In this document: one piece after another, positions 12,004 through 23,937 of the stretch
Numbering within the stretch: position 1 is the first letter of the stretch
Layout of the letters: each line of letters starts with the position of its first letter
Assembly (NCBI RefSeq): GCF_018350175.1
Contig: NC_058368.1
Coordinates: forward strand, 184,762,001 to 184,826,000
DNA length: 64,000 nucleotides
Reading direction: 5' to 3'
Source: Felis catus
Lineage: Eukaryota
Made by a program: the position numbers and the translations under genes
The notes under the pieces: generated by a model
What the model was told of the DNA's origin: nothing
Databases searched by the model: none
Seen by the model: only the letters and a program-made list of their open reading frames with translations

Positions 12004-12978
12004 TAAAGAGCAGGAAAACTTGAAAAATACAGGGACAAGAAATATCCTTGCAATAGGAAAGTAGACATATTTACAATGAAAGGTGGGGCATGATCATTAA
12101 AGAACATATTGACAAATCTGAGCCTTAGCAGCATCCTAGAAGACATTCTATTTTTCTACATAGAAATCATGGAGTCTCATCAAATCTCTCTCTCTAAAGG
12201 AGTGCCCAATGAGGACATTTAGAGGCCAACATTGACAGTGAGGGAACTTCACCTCCCTGCAGCATGTCCTGAGAGAGCTGCTAGGAATAAACATTGTTAA
12301 AGCATAAAAATTCAACTAAACTCTGTGCAGATGCAAACTGCAAGAGATGTAACAGAAAGATAGAATTTTTCTGTGATTATCCTATCAACACTATGTCAAA
12401 AGAGAGACTCAAATACTCTGGGCCAGTGACAAAGATAAAACAGGCTGGTGACCTGGATCAGGAAAACAATAGATAGAAAACTCCAAGAGGAAGAACAAGA
12501 GATCACTCTAGCTGCTTCTAACAAAGGGATTCATCTACATACTCATAATGGGCAACTAGTAATTAACACCAAAGCTACATATGGTTACATATGCATGTCA
12601 TTTGTAATTTCTTGTGGGAGAGTGCATATATTTACATAAAATACTTAGAAAATTATGTATAGTTTAGTATGCAGCATCAGTTCACAACTCAATAAATGCT
12701 TTTATTATTTTCACGAAGTTCTAGATCGGAACTTCGTATCAACTACAGTAAGTAAAATAGTAACCATCGTCATTCACACTCTGGGCTCCACACTGAGTAG
12801 TAGACAGGTAACTACTTCTTAACAAGTATTATCTGTGAACATTTTACCTACCAACAAAAGAGTAAACTATTAATGACAGCTCTCTAAATTTTTCTTGACA
12901 GGCAATACTTTACATCATTTGGGATCACAATACATACTTGGGGAAAAGGAGTTGCAACCCTTTAAAACTACTCTTCAA

Positions 12979-13214
12979 GGGGTGCCAGGTGGCCCAATAA
13001 GTTAAGTGTCCGACTTTGGCTCAAGTCATGATCTCAAGGTTCAGGAGTTTGAGCCCTGCCTCCGGCTCTGTGCTGACAACTTGGAGCCTGGAGCTAGCTT
13101 CAGATTCTGTGTCTCCCTCTCTCTCTGCCTCTCCCCCACTCACCCCCCATCTCTCTTCTATCTCTCTCTCTCCCTCTCTCTCTCAAAAATAAAAAAACAT
13201 TAAAAAATGTTTTA
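12979..13214 (+). mobile_element. CanSINE
   Basis: Head, (CT)n, A tail; TSD aaaactactctt. Confidence 0.95.
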
Positions 13215-13559
13215 AAAACTACTCTTTAATACAACAGCTAGAAACTTTTCTTTTGTGGCCTAAATCTGGCCCACAGACCTATATTAACTTTTACAAGTAT
13301 TATTATTAAATTAGGTGCCAAAATAGAAAACTTGGAAGATTTTGCAAAATCCAGATTTATGGATTCATGTTTCTAAAAATGTTTAATAGTTGGTTAGAGC
13401 TAAGTAGAGACTGCCCACTTCTTTATCCCAACCCCTCCCCCCTGACCAGCATCCTTCCCTGTCTACCTGGCCCCATGGGCATCTAACATTGGGGATCTTG
13501 GCTCTAATTGCAGGCGCAGCCCATCCTAATGGCCTAATGAAGCTTTAGGCCAATGGACC

Positions 13560-13745
13560 TGGTTTAGAACTATGGGTCTAGCTGACTCTACTGATGGTAG
13601 GTAATTTACTTACTATTTTAAGCCTCAGTTTGTCCATTTTTAGCAAAGTAGGAATAATTTTGTCTTTCTCATAGGACTATTGTGAGGATTAACAGGAAAA
13701 GTGCAAGTATTTCAAATGCTTGGCATATTTATTCAATAAATGATT
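13560..13745 (+). mobile_element. MIR SINE
   Basis: agcctcagtttgtccatt...ctcataggactattgtgaggattaa...tcaataaatg. Confidence 0.65.
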
Positions 13746-13945
13746 CCTTTCCTTGTAACTGAACTTGTAACCAATTCAAACACATTCAGCATCTTCAGTC
13801 TTTTGGCACACTTCTGAGTGAACTTTACATGTAAGTGATTACACAAGGAGTGATTGAAGATAAAAAGATGTACATAACCCTTGCCTTTAAGAAGCATGTA
13901 AACTAGCAGAGAAGGTAAAACCTAAGAGCCAAACAAGGTAGAACC

Positions 13946-15030
13946 TGATACCACAACACACCTATTTAGAAAGGTCAAATTCCAAAACCAAACCAAATGC
14001 TGATAAGGATGTGGATGAGGGGCACCTGGGTGGCGCAGTCAGTTAAGCGTCCGACTTCAGCCAGGTCATGATCTCGCATTCCGTGAGTTCGAGCCCCGCG
14101 TCAGGCTCTGGGCTGATGGCTCAGAGCCTGGAGCCTGTTTCCGATTCTGTTTCTCCCTCTCTCTCTGCCCCTCCCCCATTCATGCTCTGTCTCTCTCTGT
14201 CCCAAAAATAAATAAACGTTGAAAATAAATAAATAAATAAATAAAGTCTATTTAAAAAAAAAAAAAAAGGATGTGGATGAATAGGAACACTCATTCATTG
14301 CTGGTGCAAATGTAAAGTGGTACAGCCAGTTCGGAAGATAGTTTGGTGGTTTTTTACAAAACTAAACATATTTTTACCATACAGTCCAGCAATCGCTCAC
14401 CTTGGTATTTATCCAAAGGACTTGAAACTTTCGTCCACACAAACACCTGCGCATGAAGTTTATAGAAGCTTTATTCATAATTGCCAAAACTTGCAAGCAA
14501 CTGAGATGTTCCTCACTGGGTAAAAGGATAAAATGTGGTATACTGAGACAATGGAATATTATGCAGTGGCAAAACAAAATGAACTATCAAGCCATGAAAA
14601 TATATGGAGGAACTTTAAATGCATATTACTAAGTGAAAGAAACCAATCTGAAAATGCTACATATGCTATGATTCTAACTATATAACATTCTGGAAAAAGC
14701 TATACTATAATACATGTAAAAAGATCAGCAGTTGCCAGGTTTAAGGTGGGCAGGGAGGGCTGAATAGGTAGAGCACAGATTTTTAGGTCAGTAAAAATAC
14801 TCTGTATGATACTATAATGAACATGTCTCTATACATTTATCGAAACCCATAGAGTGACACAAGAGTGAACTATGGGCTTTGGGTAGCTATGATCTGTCAA
14901 TGTAGGTTCATCAATTAATGGCAAGGCTATGCAGGTTTGGGGGCAGAGAGTATATGGGAAAACTCTTTATCTTCCCCTCTATTTTACAATGAACCTTAAA
15001 CTGCTCTAAAAAAGTAAATAAAAAAAAAAC
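13946..15030 (+). mobile_element. L1 3' fragment, L1MC1-like, interrupted by a SINE
   Basis: acaaaactaaacata..ccatacagtccagcaatc..cttggtatttatccaaagga; ends gaaccttaaactgctctaaaaaa. Confidence 0.85.
14019..14266 (+). mobile_element. Young feline SINE (SINEC_Fc)
   Basis: Diagnostic gtggcgcagtc / ttcagccaggtc / aataaacgttgaaa; perfect 14-bp TSD aaggatgtggatga (14005-14018, 14267-14280). Confidence 0.97.
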
Positions 15031-16411
15031 ATAATAAGGTGACAAGCAGGAGGGAAAATAAAAGGATAGAACATGATGAATGCAGAAGTAAAAACAAAAT
15101 GCAATAACTATACTGAAGTCACAGGTGATTAGGCAAGTGTTACTGCATTTTGTACAAACATTGGAAGTACTTTTCTATGTGTTACCACCTTCCTCACTTC
15201 CATCTATACCAGTACGGTGCAGGGGAGGGGGGAATAATCAAGGCTTCACTTAAAGAACTGAAAAATCACCGGTCTTGACAGATTCACTTGCTATATACCC
15301 AGCCATGTTCTCTACAAAAAGAAACAGCAGCTATTGCTGCTGTTTTAAGATAGGATGTCATACCTAGCTGTGGAATAACATTTGGAAGACTCTACTTTAG
15401 ATCTGAGTATACATGGGGGGAGGGAGAAGGAGGCCAATTTTTAAGAACAATCTTAACTTGTCTGATGGGACTCACACTTCATCTCAAACACAAATGTGCT
15501 ATTAAGTGAATCTAAAATAACTGATACAAATCTCTCCGCTGAGCCAGTGGGAAATTCCAACCTTTATAAGTTGGGAAGTGCTAAAACAGCAACCTTTTAG
15601 AAAAGAGTATCTATCTTTTTGAACTGTTTCTGGGGAATTGCATATAAAGCATTCTGAAAACAAAAATACTTCCCCATTTTTCCAAGATCTGTTTTGCCAG
15701 CTTGATACGAGGTTGCCCAGGACAGATATTGTCATGGCTCAAAGTGTTTGCAGAATTATATTCACAGTTTAAATGTTTTCCAATATGGTGTTTGAACATC
15801 AAAACCAGGAAAAAAAAAAAAAAACCCTAAGGAGATGGGGGGGAAGATAAAAAGAAAAAAAGAATTTAATTCTTTAGTTCCTATAAGACGTCTAAAGGAA
15901 TTTATTTTCTCTACCAACATTCTTGTCATTTAATAATTTGACAGAACTTTCTGAAAAATGTTTTAGGAGATTTACATTTAGAAGAACTAGGCACAACATT
16001 TTGACTAACTACACTAAGCCATAAAGTGACATATTCTGATTGATTTTATATGGAAAAGAAAAACCATATGCTAAATGTTTCTGTCTTCTTACGGATGGGA
16101 AGTGTAATTATTGGTCAGGTCCCAGGAGTTTCAGAAATGGTTAAGCACCCAAACTTCATCTTCTAGTTAAATCTGAGTCATTCTTCTAATGATTAATTCA
16201 GCTTTATAAAACGATACTCCTGTGGCAACTAACTTGGAATAAAAAGTCAATGACAAAATCTTAACTTACTTTACTGGGTTTATATTTTGGCACAATTGTC
16301 AAAAGATAACTAGATTTTTTTAAAGTAAGGAGTAATTAATACATAGGAAGTCCAAGGAAGACTACAAAGAGGAATTAAGAATATTTGGAGCACATCCCTA
16401 ATATGTAGAGC

Positions 16412-16750
16412 TGTTATGGACTGAATGTTCATGTCCTTCAAAATTCACATGTTGAACCCCCAACCCCAATGTAATGGTATGTGAAGATGGGAGGTAATCA
16501 GCGTTGGATGAGGTCATGAGGGTGGGCCCTTTATGATAGGATTATAGGGAGAGATAGGGAAAGGAAAGCTAGGCTTCTCTCTCTGCCCCCACATTCTTAC
16601 ACAGAAGAAAGGCCATGCGAGGACACAGTGAGAAGGCAGTCATCTGTAAGCCAGAGAGTCCTCACCAGAATCATGCCAAACACGTTGGCACCCTGATCTT
16701 AGATTCCCACCCAGCCTATGGTATTGTGTTATGGCCAGCTGACTAATAAA
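16412..16750 (+). mobile_element. MaLR solo LTR, MLT1A-like
   Basis: tgttatggactgaatgtt..aaaattcacatgttgaa; gaggacacagtgagaaggcag; ctatggtatt.tgttatggc. Confidence 0.85.
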
Positions 16751-16926
16751 GTCTGTATCCCAGAACAAAGTATCATGCTCTAACATCCTTTAGAGACATC
16801 TTTTGGGATCTGCTTGCCTGGCTCATATCCCTACTGCTGACAACTGACTCCTCCACCCAGAGGGTATTGATGGGACTCCTCTCCTGTCCATAACTGACTG
16901 GCTTATGAGTAGACACCTAGTGAACC

Positions 16927-17380
16927 ATGCTGTTGTGAGCCATACTGGAGCTTGAGGCAAAAGGAAAAATCAGCAATAGTGATCCTGTCTATATTTATAA
17001 TTTTGTATTTTGTTCATCATGGAGTTTTTTGTATTAATTTGTATTTTTTTAAACATTGCATTGAGGGGTGCCTGGGTGGCTCAGTCAGTTGAGCATCTGA
17101 CTCTTGATTTTGGCTCAGGTCATGATCCCAGGGTGGTAGGATAAGGCCACATGTCAGGCTCCATGCTGAGCATGGAGCTTGCTTGGGATTCTCTCTCTCT
17201 GTCTCTCTCTCTCTCTCTGCCCTCTTCCTCCTCTCACGTGTTCTCTCTCTAAAAAACAAAAATAAATAAAAAACAAAAACATTACATTGAAATATTATTT
17301 ATCTGTATTATTGATATTTTTGGGCATCACCTTAAATTTTACACCCAAGGCCTTACTGCCTCATCTTAGTTTCATCTCTG
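16927..17380 (-). mobile_element. hAT DNA transposon, MER96B-like, interrupted by a SINE
   Basis: gagccatactggagcttgaggcaaaaggaaaaatcag...tgttcatcatgga...ccttaaatttt matches recalled reverse-complement consensus. Confidence 0.65.
17065..17276 (+). mobile_element. CanSINE
   Basis: Head, (CT)n, A tail; TSD aaacatt(g/a)cattga. Confidence 0.95.
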
Positions 17381-17529
17381 CCGACAAAGCTAGGTGTCCC
17401 ATGAATTTGGGAAATGGTCTAATAAAGACTGGTCAAGGGATCTTAAATGTAGCCTCAACACTACATTTGGTCTGCAGACTGTGGCTATGTCTAGTTTTGC
17501 CATTAATATTGTTTAATTTGAATGCTTTT

Positions 17530-17750
17530 TTTTTTAATTTTTTTTTTCAACATTTATTTATTTTGGGGACAGAGAGAGACAGAGCATGAACGGGGGAGGG
17601 GCAGAGAGAGAGGGAGACACAGAATCGGAAACAGGCTCCAGGCTCTGAGCCATCAGCCAAGAGCCTGACGCGGGGCTCGAACTCCCGGACCGCGAGATTG
17701 TGACCTGGCTGAAGTCGGACGCTTAACCGGCTGCGCCACCCAGGCGCCCC
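17530..17750 (-). mobile_element. Young feline SINE (SINEC_Fc)
   Basis: CpG-rich; perfect 16-bp TSD taatttgaatgctttt (17514-17529, 17751-17766). Confidence 0.97.
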
Positions 17751-18227
17751 TAATTTGAATGCTTTTAAGCAAGAAATGCATTCTGCATATTGCCACTGTC
17801 CCATCACTCACTATTAACCGAAATGTGGCCCAGCTCCTAAAGGCCTTTGGGCCTGACTCTGGCCTAGTGAGTGGGAATGAATGGTCACTGAGAATGAGAA
17901 TGTGAGTCTGGGATCCTGTGATGCCACCATATTCTGCACAAGTGGAAAGAGGCAGGAAAATGTCCAATGGCATAAAGAAAAACGAAGCAAGAGCAAAAGA
18001 GAGACCGCTAAGAGAGATTAGAGTGTAAGCTTGACGGTGTTGACTTTTAACGTCCTGTTCCTATCACCCACCAGCAGCTCTAATTCTACCTCTAGTCTGA
18101 ACCAAACACTCACGTGCCTTCTGAATAACCCACTTCTCCCCCCCTCCTTCCTGGGCCACCAGCTCCTGATACATGGAAACTAACAATCCTAACCAAGTAT
18201 CTTAATGAAGAGAAACCACTGTCCTTT

Positions 18228-18260
18228 TATTTTTTAATTTTTTTTTTACATTTATTTATT

Positions 18261-18300
<40 letters not shown>

Positions 18301-18465
18301 TACAAGTGGGGGAGGGGCAGAGAGAAGGAGACACAGAATGTGAAGCAGGGTCCAGGCTCTGAGCTGTCAGCACACAGCCCAACATGGGACTCGAACTCAC
18401 AATCCATGAGATCATGACCTGAGCGGAGGTCAGATGCTTAACCGACTGAGCTATCCAGACACCCC
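18228..18465 (-). mobile_element. CanSINE
   Basis: Long (GA)n; perfect TSD aaaccactgtccttt (18213-18227, 18466-18480). Confidence 0.95.
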
Positions 18466-20138
18466 AAACCACTGTCCTTTCTTCCCTACTATTTACTGTG
18501 AAATGAGTAAATAAGCAATTCACCAAGTAAATTCTGACCTGCGTAGAGTCCCCAACCTGTAAAAACAGCAGCCATTTGAAAGGAGGAATGATCCTGCACT
18601 CTAGTCTTTGTTGGGTGGTTCATAACCCTGTTGCGCAGAGAATATAGTTAACACTGAAAAACTGGCAAGCTCAGAAAAACTGGATGAAGACAGCCTCCAG
18701 GAGCTATAAAGAACGCTGCCCAGGCTCATGCTGTGAATTACTGTTGGTATAATTATTCAGAATCAATTTTAATCAGGAAACAACACACTCATTTAAATAA
18801 AATGAAAATAAAAGCACCAGGAAGAAAACCAAAGTTTGATTCCAAGGAAAACTGAAGACTTCAGCCTCTGCAAAGAAAATCTAATTCTGCCAAAATTTAG
18901 TACATTTTACATTTAATTTTGCTCTGATTTATGACTGAATCTCCTGGGTACCAACAGTATATAAAAAACCATTAACTCTGTGGAGGCAATTGTTAGTTTT
19001 TATAATAAAAAATGCATACTGCTTATACCATTATTGCTTAGGAAATTAGGGAACAGAGCTCCTAATACCCTGTGTGTGGAATACTGTAGCAAACCACTTA
19101 ACTTGCAATAATAGAGTATTGACTGGGTACAGTGATCTGTGAGATACAGTCACAGTCAGATTAAGCTACCATCACACTGTGCTCGATAGAGCTTCTCTGA
19201 TAATACATTTATTCCAATTTAGCCAAAGAATTCCCAACAAATTAGCTTTGAAAAAGCCTAAAAGCCTCTTCCTATAAACTATTTATCATTTTCCCTCTTT
19301 CACTTTGTTTTCAAATATGTAATTAAAAGACTGACTTCTTTTCTCCTACCTACCTACAAAATCTTTCAGACTCTATTACTGAGCCCTCGACTTAAACAAT
19401 GTCTGAATTAAGGGGGTTTGTTTCTAAGGCTAATTCCATGTTTACCAAATAAAATCACCATACAAAAAGCATGGGTTATCATTCACAGGTCTTGAAAGTA
19501 TAACAGAACAAGTTTAAAGCTTTAAAAATGCCTTTCACGTGAACGACACTAGCCCAATAGTGTCAAAACATATAAGTGCACATGCTCTTTCTCAATATAA
19601 GCTGTGATTGGTAACCCTCTCCCTCTTCTTCTCCATCTCTTTTCCCCTCTTCCCCTCTTTCCCTCTCCCTTCTTCCTTCTCCTTCTCACACACACACACA
19701 TCACACATACAGTCACTCACTCACACACAGACTTTTCATTACTCCCTAGTTAATCGGCTGAAGCAATCTAGCATATTATACAGTGACAGGATGTGGTTAG
19801 ATATCTTCTGGTCCCTGTCACTACTCTTTAATGGACACTGGAACATTTCATCTGAAGCCTTTCCTTTGCATCCTAATGCTGAAATCTATTAGCATTGTGG
19901 ACAGATCCTAAGCATCCATGCCAGATGAATTTAGGTAACAATAAAAGAGGTATCTCCCCTGGAAAATGTATCCAAGTTACAGGTCACAGGAGGAAAAGCC
20001 TCAGTGGGTATGACTTGGTGAACAAAAAACTGGCATGTCCCCAAAACATTCCTCTTGCTTTATCATAATTGGCTTTATTCCTTTGACTTCAGGCATCATC
20101 TACCTCCAAAAATTATAAAAATGTGGGTCTTTGGAACA

Positions 20139-20902
20139 TATTTGGGGAGGATTCTTCATGGGTCTCTTACCTTCATGCAAGTTTTCAGAACAGAGGCACT
20201 GACAGTTTTTTCCCTAGACCATCTTGTCAAGGATGTTTGAATAGCAAATAGCCTTGGAAGATAGAGTCAGTTTTCCTCTGAAACAGAGGACAGATTTGTT
20301 TTCTGACCACTTTAAGAAAGATAACATCTCCCTCCAAGGCAAAGGTTGGTCAGGTTTGCCAATAGCTCTTTTTTAAAAATTGGGGTTTCCTGGGGCGCCT
20401 GGGTGGCGCAGTCGGTTAGGCGTCCGACTTCAGCCAGGTCACGATCTCGCGGTCCGGGAGTTCGAGCCCCGCGTCGGGCTCTGGGCTGATGGCTCAGAGC
20501 CTGGAGCCTGTTTCCGATTCTGTGTCTCCCTCTCTCTCTGCCCCTCCCCCGTTCATGCTCTGTCTCTCTCTGTCCCCCTAAAAAATAAATAAACGTTGAA
20601 AAAAAAAAAAATTTAAAAAAAAAAAAAAATTGGGGTTTCCTAAGCATGACATTCCTCAACTGTGACATAAGCCCAATGCATGCATAATATTCCCCTAGGG
20701 CCTCCTCTGCATCATCCTATGGGACATGGGGTCTAGGGGAACCAATGAGATTGTGGAGCTCTGCCTGCTCAGCTATAAATGGTAAAGTCTTTTGTCTCCA
20801 CCCAGGAGTCTCATATCTTCAGCCAGTATCTATGAAACTGTCATGGGCTGACTTGTTAGTTTGCAAGTAGGGTAAAATTTCAGAACATCGCAGTTCTGGA
20901 CA
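20139..20902 (+). mobile_element. ERVL solo LTR, LTR40-like, interrupted by a SINE
   Basis: attcttcatgggtctct..cagaggcactgac..tcaaggatgtttg..gccttggaagatagag; ends ttgcaagtagggtaaaat..gttctggaca. Confidence 0.8.
20392..20624 (+). mobile_element. Young feline SINE (SINEC_Fc)
   Basis: Nearly all CpGs intact, long A tail; perfect 17-bp TSD aaaaattggggtttcct (20375-20391, 20625-20641). Confidence 0.97.
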
Positions 20903-21028
20903 CTCACCAGATTTTATGAATTAACATGTAACTTGAGTATGACCAACTCTTCCCTCACAAAAATAACAAATTACTTGACTCCTGAATTTTAATGGTTCTT
21001 AGGTGTGCTTAAAATATTCCCCAGTCAT

Positions 21029-21238
21029 GGGGTGCCTGGGTGGCTCAGTGGGTTAAACGTCCTACTTTGGCTCAGGTCATGATCGCATGGTTTGTGAGTT
21101 GGAGATCCGCCTCAGGCCCTATGCTGACAGCTCAGAGCCTGGATCCTCCTTCAGATTCTGTGTGTGTCTCTCTCTCTGTGCCCTTCCACCCCTCTCATCC
21201 CCACTCTCTCTTAAAAATAAACATTAAAAAAAATTTTA
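21029..21238 (+). mobile_element. CanSINE
   Basis: Head, CT-rich body, A tail; TSD attccccagtc. Confidence 0.93.
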
Positions 21239-21590
21239 AATACATTCCCCAGTCTCTGTTACTGCCAATGGAATGCCTCACATGTACTCATGAACCAACA
21301 TGTCAACTGTAGCCCTTACACAAAATTGTCATGTTCTCCCTCTCTGTGCCAACTGCCTCCATAGGTGTTCTGGGCTTCTTGACAGCAACTGCTGACTACA
21401 CCCACCCTGTGAGTGGCAGTATCCATGGAAGAGCAGAGAATTTTCCAAGATGTCAATTCCAAAGATGCCAAAACAGTGCTTAGAGACTTCCCTCTCTTCT
21501 ATTCTGTGCCATACTCTGACATGTAGGCCTGAAATACCACTGCTTGGGCACAGAATCCCTGAAGCCTCTTATAAGAAAAAAAAAAAAAAT

Positions 21591-21790
21591 GGGGCTCAGT
21601 CGGTTCAGAGTCCAAGTCTTGATTTTGGCTCAGATCATGATCTCACAGTTCGTGAGTTTGAGCTCCCTATTGGGCTCTACACTGACAATACAGAGTCTGC
21701 TTGGGATTCTCTCTCTCTCCCTCTCTCTCTGCCCCTTCCCTGCTCGCGATCTCTCTCTCTCTCAACATAAATAAACAAACATTTAAAGAA
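21591..21790 (+). mobile_element. CanSINE with shortened head
   Basis: ggggctcagtcggtt..., (CT)n, aataaacaaacatt tail. Confidence 0.9.
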
Positions 21791-22096
21791 ATTATAGCAA
21801 CTTTTGACCAGGGACCCATTAATAAGTGAACTCAAACCCATTCCATTATATGAAGCAGAAAGACAAAACAAGACCCTCATCATTTTTGCCTCTCCTCCTT
21901 CATGTAACTTTTATTAGAACAAAACTCCTCCCTTCAATCAAACTAATAATCCAATTTTCTTATATCAAAAGGTAAAGATAAATTCTGGGCAAGTATCTAA
22001 ACCCTCCATTCATCCTATTAAAAGTTTTATTACAAACCCTTTTAGTTTATAAAATTATCTGCCAACCAAGGAACAGAGAATTACACCAAAGAAAAT

Positions 22097-22207
22097 GAGG
22101 CTGCCTGGCTGGCTCAACCAGTAAAACGTGAGACTCTTGATCTGAGGGTTGTGAGTTTAAGCCCCATGTTGGGTGTAGGGCCTACTTAAAAAAAAAAGAA
22201 AAAAAAT
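22097..22207 (+). mobile_element. Short old-type CanSINE (tRNA-derived, no CT body)
   Basis: gcctggctggctca..gactcttgatct..gggttgtgagttt..ccccatgttgggtgtag..acttaaaa. Confidence 0.85.
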
Positions 22208-22769
22208 TAAGAAAAGGAAAACAGAACACATGTTGGATAATATTGTAGAAGAAAACAGAAAGGGGGAAAAAAGGCAAAAAGAAATGGTTCAGACTTTATA
22301 GGTACATGGAAAGTGTGCACCTAGGCATTGAACAAGTTCCTCACAGAAAGGACAACAATGTCAAGGTTACCTTCATCTTGAGCACCCCTATACAGGGCAA
22401 CAGTTTTTTGCATATGTACCCCAAGCTTTGAAACTGTAATGTTTTTATCTAGATAGTGATGTTCATTTGTATATTCAAATATGCTACCTTGTGATTATGA
22501 GAAGCAATATATGTGAAACATAGGTGGAATAGAGTAATTGTACAATATGAAGCTAACTCAAGACTAAGTTTTTATCTCTCATTTTCTGTCTCCATCCTTC
22601 AGAAAAGAAGAAAACGTAGACTTGCAAGGAATAAGAAAACCATCTGGATTAGAACACCTCCCAAATTTCACATTCAGTCCTGCCATTCAAACAAGGATTT
22701 GGAAGCATTTTTCCTAAACCAATAATTGAGTGGTGTCTTCCAATTTCCAATTTATCCCAGAACTTAACT

Positions 22770-22975
22770 TTTCTTTCTTTTTTTTTTTAATGTTTATTTG
22801 TTTATTTTGAAAGAGAGAGAAGAAAACAAGAGCAGGGGAGGAGCAGAGAGAGGAGACAGAGAATCCAAAGCAGGCTCTGCGCTGGCAGTACAAAGTCTGA
22901 TGTGGGGCTCAAACTCATGAATCGTGAGATCATGACCTAAGCCAAAATCAGATGCTCAACCAACTGAGCCACCCA
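22770..22975 (-). mobile_element. CanSINE
   Basis: Reverse-complement body and T tail; TSD cccagaactt(a/g)act. Confidence 0.92.
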
Positions 22976-23696
22976 GAACTTGACTCCTTAAGCCATTCTA
23001 CCACCTTTATCCCCTTTGCTCTTTGAAATAAGAATAAGAGAAACTGGATGAATTGTATATAGTCACAAGGATATCATGGGGGGGGGGGGTGGTTAAAGGT
23101 ATGAAATGAACTGTAAAAAAACAAATTAATAAATATTGTTTCAAGTCATGGGGTTTTTTTAAGAAATATCCACAAATAAAAAAATACCATCTAGAAAGTT
23201 GACAGTTTTACAAATTGGTCCATAAAACAGTAATGCTCCATTTTTTTTACTAGCCTAGAAATTGTTTAGTTTTGACAGAAATGATCCAAGTAGCAAGGAC
23301 TTTATTTCTATAAGGAAAGTGACAAATACAGAAAATATAGCCAGGACCATTTTTTGCCAAAAAATCAGAGGAACTAAGTTACTTCCAGATGAGGATGAAA
23401 TGACATCTAACACAACTTAAGAGTGATTTTCTTGACAGAGATTCTCAAGAAGGCTGTACCATCACCCAGACTTCTAGATCTTTCTGCTACTCTGACCCAT
23501 TTCTGTAACCCCAAGTTTGAGCCTATATCGATCACTGAAACAATGCTCAGGCTACACATTCGAATAAGAAAATTTTCATCTGAATCTTCATCATGAAAGA
23601 GGAGTTTTGAGAAAAATCTCTTATCCTTAAGAAACAGATCCTCCCAAGGCTGAGCCTTTTTTCTGGGAGTAAGTTAAACTATTATAGAAATACTCA

Positions 23697-23858
23697 GGGC
23701 GTGCCTAGGTGGCTTAGTCGGTAAACCGTCAGACTTCAGCTCAGGTTGTGATCTCGTGGTTCATGAGTTCTAGCCCCGCATCAGGCTCTGTGCTGACAGC
23801 TCAGAGCCTGGAGCCTGCTTCAGATTCTGGCTCCCTCTCTCTCTGCCCCTCCCCTACT

Positions 23859-23893
<35 letters not shown>

Positions 23894-23937
23894 CCCATCA
23901 AAAATAAATAAAAACATTAAAAAAGTTTTTTTTAAAA
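23697..23937 (+). mobile_element. CanSINE
   Basis: Head, (CT)n, A tail; TSD agaaatactcag. Confidence 0.95.

Noticed and set aside
20312..20668. Recurrent similar ORFs (MAQ..KRPTSAQVMI..., GAPGWRSRL...) across the window, resembling a gene family or array
   Set aside because: All are translations of CanSINE copies.
22097..22207. tRNA-like sequences (also 37185, 46090, 55318)
   Set aside because: tRNA-derived SINE heads with A tails and diverged stems, not tRNA genes.
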